Notes under the pieces: generated by a model
Told to the model about the DNA's origin: nothing
The model's input: only the letters and a program-made list of their open reading frames with translations
Database searches by the model: none
Shown: positions 29,441 to 37,892 of the stretch, one piece after another
How the letters are laid out: the number at the start of each line of letters is the position of its first letter
How positions within the stretch are numbered: position 1 is the first letter of the stretch
Assembly (NCBI GenBank): GCA_902519835.1
Contig: CABYLU010000003.1
Location: 24,916-88,915, forward strand
Length of the DNA: 64,000 nucleotides
From: an uncultured Pelagibacteraceae bacterium
GTDB lineage: Bacteria; Pseudomonadota; Alphaproteobacteria; Pelagibacterales; AG-422-B15
Reading direction: 5' to 3'
Made by a program: the position numbers and the translations under genes

Positions 29441-29992
29441 TTAATCAACAGATACTTCAATATTTGGAAGCTTTTTATTTAGAGCTTTTAGGGCCTCTTC
29501 AGTAATATCCATGTTTTCAGCATTTAGTAAAACAGAGTTTTTTTCTAAAAGAACAGTAATTCCCATATCATTTGATATTTCTTCTAGAATTGGTTTCAAT
29601 GAATTTAAAACTTCATTTCTTGATTCAGATACAATTCTATCGATTGACATTAATTTTTCTTGTCTTGTAACATTATAATTTTGAACTTTATTCTCATATT
29701 CTTTTCTTTTTTCATCAAATGCAGCTGGCGCCATTATTTGTTGTGACTCAATTAATTCATTTTGCTCGTCTATTAGATCTTGGTCTGTATTTTTTATCTC
29801 TTCTTCTATTTGCTTAGCAATATCTTCTATTTGCTTAGCCGCATCCACTGCTGCATCGGACTCTGACAAAATATAATTCAAATCTATTACACCAACATTA
29901 GTCTCTGGATATTGTGCATGTAAAGGACTCATGAATAGTTGAGTTAGCAATATAATAACAAAAATATATTTGTATTTTAAATTTAATTTCAT
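29441..29992 (-). CDS. Periplasmic chaperone Skp/OmpH
   Basis: Signal peptide followed by a coiled-coil-rich 183-aa protein, between bamA and lpxD. Confidence 0.75.
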   Translation of the reverse strand: MKLNLKYKYIFVIILLTQLFMSPLHAQYPETNVGVIDLNYILSESDAAVDAAKQIEDIAKQIEEEIKNTDQDLIDEQNELIESQQIMAPAAFDEKRKEYENKVQNYNVTRQEKLMSIDRIVSESRNEVLNSLKPILEEISNDMGITVLLEKNSVLLNAENMDITEEALKALNKKLPNIEVSVD

Positions 29993-29994
29993 GT

Positions 29995-32256
29995 CTAAAA
30001 ATTATAACCTATATCAAAATATAAACTATCTGTAGTGTCGGTGTTTTCACTTTCCAAAATTGTAGCATAAATAACATTTATGGGGCCAATTGCAGAGTCC
30101 CAATTAAAATTTAATCCTAAAGATGAACGAATTTCATGATCATCAATAATATTAGAATACGCTGGGTTTTCTAAGCCCCATACACTTCCAACATCAAGGA
30201 ATAATGTACTATTAATGTCGAATGCATCTAAATTAAAATCAATATTTGTTTCAATTGATGTCAAATAGTAATATTGCCCACCGGTGTAAGAATTGCCAGT
30301 TCTCGGACCAACTTTACCCGACTTAAAGCCCCTAAGTTTTTTGCCTCCTAATTTAAAATTAGATGATAATGGAGCGTATTCACTATTATAGCCGTTTAAG
30401 CTACCAGCTTGAAATTTAAAAGCACCAATTAATCTATCACTTAGTCTATTATAAATATTATAATCTAATCTATTTTTTATATAATAGCTTGTTCCTCCCA
30501 AGCCTGCAATATCCTGATCAATTTCAAACAAAAAACCTCTGGATGGTTTATATCTACTATTTCTCATGTCATATTTTAAAGTATAACCAATTGTAGAAAT
30601 TGTATCAGTTCCTGCAAGCAACCGTTCATACTGTGTGGCATTAGAGTCAGCTTTCACTTGTGATGTAAAAAGGGAATATCTAGTGCTTAAATATGTACTG
30701 GCAGAAAGAGGAAACTGTATAATAAAACCTAATCCTATATCTTCAGTCTCATAATTAACAGACGAAGGATCTGTAAAATTACTATAAAGACTTCCAGTTA
30801 AAGCAAGATCTTTATTGTTAAAATACGGTTCAGTAAATGATATATCATAAGTATTTCTTGTATTTGAGAAACTAGTTGTAAAATTTAGCTTCTGCCCTTT
30901 GCCAAGGAAATTTGTTTCCTTTAATCCCAAATTTAATGAAGTGGAATTTGCACTTGAATAACCAGCGCCTAATGAAGCTTCTCCTGTATTCTTCTCTTCA
31001 ACAACTATCTCTAAATCTAATTTATCAGGATAATTAGTTTTAACTTCTTTAATATCAACTTCTGAAAAGAAATTTAATGCCCTAATAGAATCTTTGGAGT
31101 AGTTTATAGAAAATTTATTATATGCATCACCTTCTGATAAAGAAAACTCTCTTCTTATTACCTTGTCTACAGTTCTAGTATTTCCAGCAATATCAATTTC
31201 ATTAATGTAAACTCTTGGTCCTTCATTTATGTCGAAATTAACATTAACTTGTTTTTTTTCATTGTTAACGTTTAGAGAGGGATTTATTTCAATAAAAGTA
31301 TATCCACTTAGTTCAGCAAAATTTTTAATTTGTTTGACCGAGTCTTTAATTTTACTTGCATTGTATAAATCTCCCGCTTTAAAGGATATTTGGTTATAAA
31401 TTGAGTCTGAGTTTATTTTGTCTAATTTGTTGTTAACTTCTATACCTCCAAAATCGAATTTTTCGCCTTCATTAACAGACAAAATAATCTCAAAATCATT
31501 CTTATTTATTGAGAGTTGTGCAATAGCTGAAATAAATCGAAACTCTGGATAACCATTGCTATTATAAAAATCAGTTACCAGTTGTTTGTCATACTCTAAT
31601 TTATCAGGATCGTACCTGTCAGCTGAAGAAAGAAATCGCAAAAATGTCTTTTCTTTAGTTTTCATAATAGATTTGATTTTAGATGATGTAAAAACTTCAT
31701 TACCAAGAATTATGATTTTTGAAACCTCTGCGATATCAGACTCAGTGATTTCATAGGTTAAATTTATTCTATTATTTTCTAGTAGTTCTACTTTTGGTTT
31801 TATTTCAGTAGATAACCTTCCAGATCGTTGGTATAGAGATAACATTCTCTCAGTATCTTTTTTTACTTTACTCTTTGAATAAACAGATCTTTCTTTAAGT
31901 GAAATTTCAATGAGTAAATCTTCATCTTTGATTTTACGATTACCAGAAAACTTGACTAAATTAATTGTGGGATTTTCTTTTACAGTTATTTGAAGACTAT
32001 TTTTATCAAATACAACTTCAATATTAGAAAATAGATTTGTATCAAATAAGTCTTTTAATATTTTATTTCCTAGCTCTTCTGTATAAACATCATTCAAATC
32101 TATGTTAGAATAGGATATAACTGTTTCGATATCAATTCTTTGAGTACCCAATACGTCAATTTTTTTAATTTTATTGACATCGCTAAAAGCTATTGTTGTA
32201 AAACTAAAAAGTAAAAATACAACGAAATAGAATCTTATTTTAAATAAATAAAACAT
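29995..32256 (-). CDS. bamA: Outer membrane protein assembly factor BamA
   Basis: 753 aa with a POTRA-repeat region and an Omp85 barrel. Ends in an aromatic residue (...FDIGYNF). Confidence 0.95.
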   Translation of the reverse strand: MFYLFKIRFYFVVFLLFSFTTIAFSDVNKIKKIDVLGTQRIDIETVISYSNIDLNDVYTEELGNKILKDLFDTNLFSNIEVVFDKNSLQITVKENPTINLVKFSGNRKIKDEDLLIEISLKERSVYSKSKVKKDTERMLSLYQRSGRLSTEIKPKVELLENNRINLTYEITESDIAEVSKIIILGNEVFTSSKIKSIMKTKEKTFLRFLSSADRYDPDKLEYDKQLVTDFYNSNGYPEFRFISAIAQLSINKNDFEIILSVNEGEKFDFGGIEVNNKLDKINSDSIYNQISFKAGDLYNASKIKDSVKQIKNFAELSGYTFIEINPSLNVNNEKKQVNVNFDINEGPRVYINEIDIAGNTRTVDKVIRREFSLSEGDAYNKFSINYSKDSIRALNFFSEVDIKEVKTNYPDKLDLEIVVEEKNTGEASLGAGYSSANSTSLNLGLKETNFLGKGQKLNFTTSFSNTRNTYDISFTEPYFNNKDLALTGSLYSNFTDPSSVNYETEDIGLGFIIQFPLSASTYLSTRYSLFTSQVKADSNATQYERLLAGTDTISTIGYTLKYDMRNSRYKPSRGFLFEIDQDIAGLGGTSYYIKNRLDYNIYNRLSDRLIGAFKFQAGSLNGYNSEYAPLSSNFKLGGKKLRGFKSGKVGPRTGNSYTGGQYYYLTSIETNIDFNLDAFDINSTLFLDVGSVWGLENPAYSNIIDDHEIRSSLGLNFNWDSAIGPINVIYATILESENTDTTDSLYFDIGYNF

Positions 32257-32264
32257 TACATTAC

Positions 32265-33105
32265 TTAATTACCAAGATATAAATTATTATCAATCCAATT
32301 ATTAATATTCTTAATATCTATGATTTTTGGATTAACGATATTTGAATTTTTACCAAAAAACTTATCCATATTAACTTCATTTAATTTTACGATATCAAGA
32401 AATTTTATTCTTTTCTTTATAAATAAATTAACCAAAATCTCATTCAAGTAATTAAATATATGAGGTGCTAAGCCGCCAATTTTCATTACTTGATAGCCTA
32501 GTTCGATTGCTGGAAACTTATCTTTATCTATTGGAATAAATTCAAGGTTCGAATAATTAGTCAATTCGATGCCACTATAAACATTAGAATATTTATTAAA
32601 TCCAAAAAATAAAGATGAAATAGGAACTCGCATATCTGGCTTGTTTAATAGTGCTGTACTAATACCATTTTCATAATTTATTAAGGCATGAACAATAGCT
32701 TGAGGGTGTATTATAGCATTAATTTCACTGTTTTTCAGATTAAATAAATATTTAGCTTCTATTATTTCAAGTGCTTTATTCATCATTGTAGCTGAGTCAA
32801 TTGAGATCTTGCTACCCATATTCCAAACTGGATGTTTGATTGCTTGCTGAGGTGTTACAGAGCTCAATTTCTTTTTTTTATAATACAAGAATGGTCCACC
32901 TGTTGCCGTGATGGTAATTGATTTATATTTTCCTAAATTTTGACTTAACAAATGATAAATTGAATTATGCTCTGAATCTAAAGGTATAATTTTAGTTTTA
33001 AATTTTTTTGATAAACTTATAAATTTCGTTCCAAGAGTAATTATGCATTCTTTATTCGCAATACCAACAATCTTCCCTGATTTTAATATCTTTAATAAGA
33101 GATCT
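32265..33105 (-). pseudogene. dxr: dxr (DXP reductoisomerase) fragment lacking the 5' NADPH-binding region
   Basis: The tracked ORF (32265..32951) starts at a TTG. In-frame homology continues upstream: ...ASLDLLLKILKSGKIVGIANKECIITLGTKFISLSKKFKTKIIPLDSEHNSIYHLLSQ... The N-terminal ~100 aa, including the GSTGSIG motif, are absent. The frame runs into the ftsK fragment and a stop near 33150. Confidence 0.85.
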
Positions 33106-33109
33106 AAAG

Positions 33110-34039
33110 ATGCTTGAATTATCAGTATATGAAGGTGTTCCTCATCTAATCACTCCAGTTGTGACTGATCCAAAAAAAGCAATTGTTGCACTTAAATGGG
33201 TCGTTAGAGAAATGGAGTCTCGATACAAAAAAATGTCCTTGTTAGGTGTTAGAAATATTGAAAACTATAATCAGAGAATGGTTGAAGCTATCAAAAAGTC
33301 GGAAAAGATAGTGAGATCAATCCCATCTGGAATAAACCCAGAAACTGGACAGCCAACAACTACACAAATTGAAATCGAAAATAAAAAGATGCCTTTTATT
33401 GTAGTTGTTGTTGATGAGATGGCTGACTTGATGATGGTTGCAGGAAAGGAAATTGAACACGCAATTCAAAGACTATCACAAATGGCAAGAGCAGCGGGAA
33501 TCCACTTAATTATGGCCACTCAAAGACCGAGTGTTGATGTGATTACAGGAACTATTAAAGCTAATTTTCCGAGCAGAATTAGTTTTCAAGTAAGCTCGAA
33601 GTTTGATAGTCGCACCATTCTTGGTGATGAGGGGGCAGAGAGACTGTTAGGCAAAGGCGATATGTTAATGATGACTGCTGGTGGAATTACATCGAGAATA
33701 CACGGTCCATTTATATCAGATCAAGAGATAGAGAATATTGTTCGTGCACTTCAAAAACAAGGTAATCCAGAATATGATGAAGAAATATTAAAAGAGGAAG
33801 AAATTGAGAATGATCTTGGAGTAGTCTCCGACGGTGATCACGATAATTTGCTACAGGACTCTCTGGATGTTATAAAAAAAGAAGGTAAAGCATCTACGAG
33901 CCTGTTACAAAGAAAACTACAGATTGGATATAATCGTGCAGCAAGAATAATGGATCAACTTGAGGAAAGTGGATACATAAGTGCTGCAAATCATGTAGGT
34001 AAAAGGGAAATTAATTTTGATAAATTTAATTCCTCATGA
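33110..34039 (+). pseudogene. ftsK: ftsK fragment: C-terminal part of the motor domain plus gamma domain only
   Basis: Begins at MLELSVYEGVPHLITPVVTDPKKA, which is mid-motor in full-length FtsK. Walker B VVVVDEMADLMM and the gamma wHTH LLQRKLQIGYNRAARIMDQLEESG are present. The TM domain, linker and Walker A are missing. The upstream in-frame sequence is non-homologous, with a stop at 33038-33040. Confidence 0.85.
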
Positions 34040-34605
34040 AGCCATTAATTTTAACTATTTTCTATTTTTTTTTTCTTATCAATAATTCTTCGTCTAATCC
34101 GATCGTTAGAAGTATAGAAGATAATTGGAATGAAATAAAATCAATGTCAGGTCAGTTTGAACAAATTGATCAAGAAGGAAATATTTTTAATGGACAATTT
34201 TTTTTTGCAAAACCTTTTAAATCAAAGTTCATCTATGATGGTAGAGAAGAAGATATCATCACCAATAAAAGTTTGATGGTAGTGGTGGATAAGGAAGGTT
34301 ATCAAATTGATAGTTTCCTTATCGGTGACAGTATTTTGAAAAAACTTTTATCGGAAGATATCCTAATAGAAAACGATTTCGACATAATATCGCTGACAGA
34401 TGAAAACAATTTTTATCATCTGATGCTTAAAGTTAAAGACGACAAGTCTAATAATCAAATTAAATTTGTATTTGATCGACAGTCTTTAGATCTCAAAAAA
34501 TGGGAAATTTATGATGAATTTGACAATAAAACTGTTTTTAAGTTTACAAAAATAAAAAAAAATATATTTATAAGCCAGAATTTATTCGTGGTTAAATATA
34601 ATTAA
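34036..34605 (+). CDS. lolA: Outer-membrane lipoprotein carrier LolA
   Basis: Signal peptide, the block SGQFEQ...GQFFFAKPFKSKFIY, and the conserved ftsK-lolA adjacency with a 4-nt overlap. Confidence 0.75.
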   Translation: MKPLILTIFYFFFLINNSSSNPIVRSIEDNWNEIKSMSGQFEQIDQEGNIFNGQFFFAKPFKSKFIYDGREEDIITNKSLMVVVDKEGYQIDSFLIGDSILKKLLSEDILIENDFDIISLTDENNFYHLMLKVKDDKSNNQIKFVFDRQSLDLKKWEIYDEFDNKTVFKFTKIKKNIFISQNLFVVKYN

Positions 34606-34640
34606 ACCACAGGCAGGTTTTATAAAATATTTCAATAGCA

Positions 34641-35999
34641 ATGACGGTTAGTTCAAATAGTGAGCTCAAGCAATGGCTTGAGTCAAACAAAATATCTGAA
34701 GTAGAATGTATTTTTCCTGATATGGCTGGATCCTCAAAGGGAAAAATTCTTCCTGTTCAAAGATTTTTAAAATCATTAGAAGACCAGAGTCTCAAACTCG
34801 CTGACTCGGTTTTTGGTCAAACAGTTTCTGGTAAATGGGTCTATGAGAGCGAAGTGATTGATTATGTCGAAGAAGATTTATTTATGTCTCCTGACCTTTC
34901 AACTTTGAGAAAAATTCCTTGGAACAAAGAACCAACAGCACAAATTATTTGTGATCTTAAATATGGCACCAGTGAAGCATCAGAAATCGCACCACGCCAG
35001 GTTTTAATTAAAATTATTGGATTATTAAAAGAGGAAAATTTAAAAGCAATTGTCGCACCTGAATTAGAGTTTTATTTATGTGAGCAAAATCTTGATCCTG
35101 ATTTACCTTTAAAAACACCTGTTGGAAAGTCTGGTCGAAGAGAAACAGGCAGCCGTGTCTTTGGAATAGATGCTGTCAATGAGTTTGATGCTTTAACTGA
35201 CGATATTTACGATTATTGTGAACTAATGGAGATAGGGGTGGATACACTTGTACATGAGTCTGGTCCTTCTCAAATAGAAATAAATCTAAATCATGGTGAT
35301 CCTCTAGCACTTGCAGACCAAGCGTTCATGTTTAAAAGAGCAGTCAGACAAGTTGCATTAAAGCATGGTATATACGCAACGTTTATGGCTAAGCCGTATC
35401 AGGGTCAGCCTGGAAGTTCAATGCATATTCATCAAAATCTGGTTTCAACTAAGACAAATAAAAATCTTTTCAGTGATCAAGAAGGAAATAATTCAAAAGA
35501 ATTTTTGCATTTTATAGGAGGTCTCCAGACATATTTACCAGATGCAATGCTCTTGTTTGCTCCTTATGTTAATTCATACAGACGATTTGTCATTGATGCC
35601 TCAGCTCCAATTAATACCCACTGGGGTATCGAAAATAGAACTGTTGCTTTTAGGGTGCCAACGTCATCACCTGACTCAAGAAGAATAGAAAACAGAATAC
35701 CTGGAGCAGACACAAATCCATATCTTGCTCTAGCGGCATCACTTGCGTGCGGGTATCTGGGATTAAAAGAAAAATTAGAGCCAGAAAAACCCACTGCAGG
35801 AGATGCATTTGAAAGACGACATAATATTCCGAAATATCTTCCTGATGCATTAAAACGATTAAAAGTGAGTAATGAATTATCTGAAACTCTGGGTAAGGAG
35901 TTTGTTACTCTTTTTACAGAAATTAAACAAACAGAACATGATGCTTATCAAAATGTTATCAGTGCATGGGAGCGAGAGCATTTATTGCTCAATGTTTAA
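34641..35999 (+). CDS. Glutamine synthetase-family gamma-glutamyl-amine ligase (PuuA/GmaS/GlnA3-like)
   Basis: GS catalytic-domain blocks PELEFYL, GSSMHIHQNL and NRTVAFRVP...RIENRIPGADTNPYLA. 452 aa. The substrate cannot be read from the sequence. Confidence 0.8.
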   Translation: MTVSSNSELKQWLESNKISEVECIFPDMAGSSKGKILPVQRFLKSLEDQSLKLADSVFGQTVSGKWVYESEVIDYVEEDLFMSPDLSTLRKIPWNKEPTAQIICDLKYGTSEASEIAPRQVLIKIIGLLKEENLKAIVAPELEFYLCEQNLDPDLPLKTPVGKSGRRETGSRVFGIDAVNEFDALTDDIYDYCELMEIGVDTLVHESGPSQIEINLNHGDPLALADQAFMFKRAVRQVALKHGIYATFMAKPYQGQPGSSMHIHQNLVSTKTNKNLFSDQEGNNSKEFLHFIGGLQTYLPDAMLLFAPYVNSYRRFVIDASAPINTHWGIENRTVAFRVPTSSPDSRRIENRIPGADTNPYLALAASLACGYLGLKEKLEPEKPTAGDAFERRHNIPKYLPDALKRLKVSNELSETLGKEFVTLFTEIKQTEHDAYQNVISAWEREHLLLNV

Positions 36000-36000
36000 T

Positions 36001-36660
36001 TTACAATAGCTTTTTATTTAAAAAGTAGCCTTTGTTATCTTCAAAAACAATCAGATCTTTAAGTAACAGATTTATCTCAATTTTTTTTCTCAAGGAATAT
36101 ATGTGAGTTTCAAGAGTATGCGTATCTATATCTTCATTATAACTCCATACTTTCTTTAACAAGTCTTTTTTAGAAATATAGACATTACTATTATCTAAAA
36201 GGCTATTAAAAATTTGAGACTCTTTTTCTGTAAATCTTAAATAAAGATTATCGTTAGAGAGAGTTCTCATGCTTGGGTCATAAGTAAAACTGTTAAAATT
36301 TAATTTTCGCGCAGCTTGTGAATTGATTTGCTCTAAAGTAGTAGAAACTCTTTGATATAGATCTCTAAATTGTAGCGGTATGCTCAACAAAACAATTTTA
36401 CTCTTCAGTTTATCCGTTTCTATCAAATCACTATCGCAATTAATTATAAAAATCGTATCAAATTTAATTGTGTGGGATAATTCTTTCACCACAAATTCAT
36501 TATCTGCAATTAAAATACTTTTATTATTTTTATCTAAATCATTTTTATCAGTAAGTTGAAATTCCAAATTGCCAAAAATATTGTTGGACTCAATTATTTC
36601 AGAAATAATAGGCCTTAATTTGCCATTTCCAAGTGTGACTGGGATTACTCTTTTTTCCAT
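36001..36660 (-). CDS. OmpR/PhoB-type winged-helix transcriptional regulator with a degenerate, non-canonical N-terminal domain
   Basis: The C-terminus carries a Trans_reg_C pattern (LRFTEKESQIFNSLLDNSNVYISKKDLLKKVWSYNEDIDTHTLETHIYSLRKKIE). The N-terminal ~110 aa lack a recognisable DD...D...T...K receiver signature. Confidence 0.65.
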   Translation of the reverse strand: MEKRVIPVTLGNGKLRPIISEIIESNNIFGNLEFQLTDKNDLDKNNKSILIADNEFVVKELSHTIKFDTIFIINCDSDLIETDKLKSKIVLLSIPLQFRDLYQRVSTTLEQINSQAARKLNFNSFTYDPSMRTLSNDNLYLRFTEKESQIFNSLLDNSNVYISKKDLLKKVWSYNEDIDTHTLETHIYSLRKKIEINLLLKDLIVFEDNKGYFLNKKLL

Positions 36661-36685
36661 TATTTATATGATTATAATATAGTTT

Positions 36686-37180
36686 GTGAATTTATTGGTA
36701 CAAAATAATTATCTCCATTCTGATCTAGGTCGATTTTCTTGTGCAATAGGCCGCGCAGGTCTAACAACAAATAAAATTGAAGGTGATCATAAAACACCTG
36801 TCGGTGAATTTAAATTTAAAAAAATTTATTATAGAAAAGATAAATTAGGTGACATGCTTTTCAAATTACCTTTTGCGGTAATTGAAAAAAATGATGGGTG
36901 GTGTGATGATCCAAAAAGTAAATTATACAACCAACATATCCAATTTCCTTTTGATGCAAGTGCTGAGAAATTATTCAGAGATGATGATCTTTATGATCTG
37001 CTATTTGTTATTAATCATAACACAGACCCAATTGTACCAGGTAAAGGTAGCGCAATCTTTTTGCATATTAGTAAACCAAATTTTGAGGGAACGGAAGGAT
37101 GCGTAGCAATAGAAAAAGAGAATATTATTGAATTAGCAAAGAATATAGATTTAACAACAAAGCTGATTATAAAAAATTAA
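36686..37180 (+). CDS. L,D-transpeptidase catalytic-domain (YkuD) family protein, no signal peptide seen
   Basis: The motif GSAIFLHISKPNFEGTEGCVAI matches the H...(S/T)xGC active-site pattern. GTG start. 164 aa. Confidence 0.65.
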   Translation: MNLLVQNNYLHSDLGRFSCAIGRAGLTTNKIEGDHKTPVGEFKFKKIYYRKDKLGDMLFKLPFAVIEKNDGWCDDPKSKLYNQHIQFPFDASAEKLFRDDDLYDLLFVINHNTDPIVPGKGSAIFLHISKPNFEGTEGCVAIEKENIIELAKNIDLTTKLIIKN

Positions 37181-37830
37181 TTTCGTTCACCAAAAATATG
37201 GGTGCCAATTCTTATGTGAGTGGCGCCGCACTCTAAGGCAACTTGATAATCTCCTGACATACCCATACTTAAACAATTTAAATTAAATTTTTTTCCTAAA
37301 TCTGCCAAATTTAGAAAATGTGTTCTTGGGTTTTCATTAATCGGAGGTAGGGACATTAGTCCAACTATATTTAAATTATAGTTGGATTTACAATCAGAAA
37401 TAAATTCATCTGCTTCATTTAATAAAACCCCTGATTTTTGTGACTCATTTCCTGTATTAATCTGTATGAAATATTTACGCTTAATATCTCCTGATGCTTC
37501 AAGCTCAGCAAATTTCTTCACTATTTTTTTTCGATCAATAGAATGAATAACTTCACAATGTTTATGAATTTGCTCAACTTTTCTACTTTGAATACTGCCA
37601 ATAAAATGCAGATTCATATTTGAATTAATTTTTTTTAATTCAGGCCACTTACTCTCAATTTCCTGTATTTGATTTTCTCCAAATGATAGATGACCCTCAT
37701 CGATAACCTTTTGAATATCTGAAGCTGACTTTTTTTTACTAACAGCTATTAATTCAATATCTTGGGAGTTTCTGTTAGCGCTTCTTAGAGATACTTCCAA
37801 ACTGCTTAAAAAATTTTTATATCTACTCAT
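37177..37830 (-). CDS. yggS: PLP-binding homeostasis protein YggS
   Basis: 217 aa with AVSKKKS (PLP lysine), HFIGSIQSRK and the GMSGDYQVALECGATHIRIGTHIFG blocks. Confidence 0.9.
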   Translation of the reverse strand: MSRYKNFLSSLEVSLRSANRNSQDIELIAVSKKKSASDIQKVIDEGHLSFGENQIQEIESKWPELKKINSNMNLHFIGSIQSRKVEQIHKHCEVIHSIDRKKIVKKFAELEASGDIKRKYFIQINTGNESQKSGVLLNEADEFISDCKSNYNLNIVGLMSLPPINENPRTHFLNLADLGKKFNLNCLSMGMSGDYQVALECGATHIRIGTHIFGERN

Positions 37831-37834
37831 AAAA

Positions 37835-37866
37835 AAAATGCCCTACAAATTAATGTAGGGCATTTT
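37835..37866 (-). terminator. Rho-independent terminator downstream of the porin gene
   Basis: Arms AAAATGCCCTACA (37835-37847) and TGTAGGGCATTTT (37854-37866). On the minus strand the hairpin is followed by a run of 8 T. It lies 27 nt after the porin stop. Confidence 0.8.
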
Positions 37867-37892
37867 AAATTAAAAACTAATAATCTAAATTA

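Noticed and set aside
29802-29839. A 17-nt direct repeat TCTTCTATTTGCTTAGC occurring twice with 21-nt periodicity inside skp
   Set aside because: It is in frame (7 codons) and encodes AKQIEDI/AKQIEEE, a heptad duplication within the coiled-coil arm of the chaperone. This is ordinary protein-level repetition, not a regulatory or mobile repeat.
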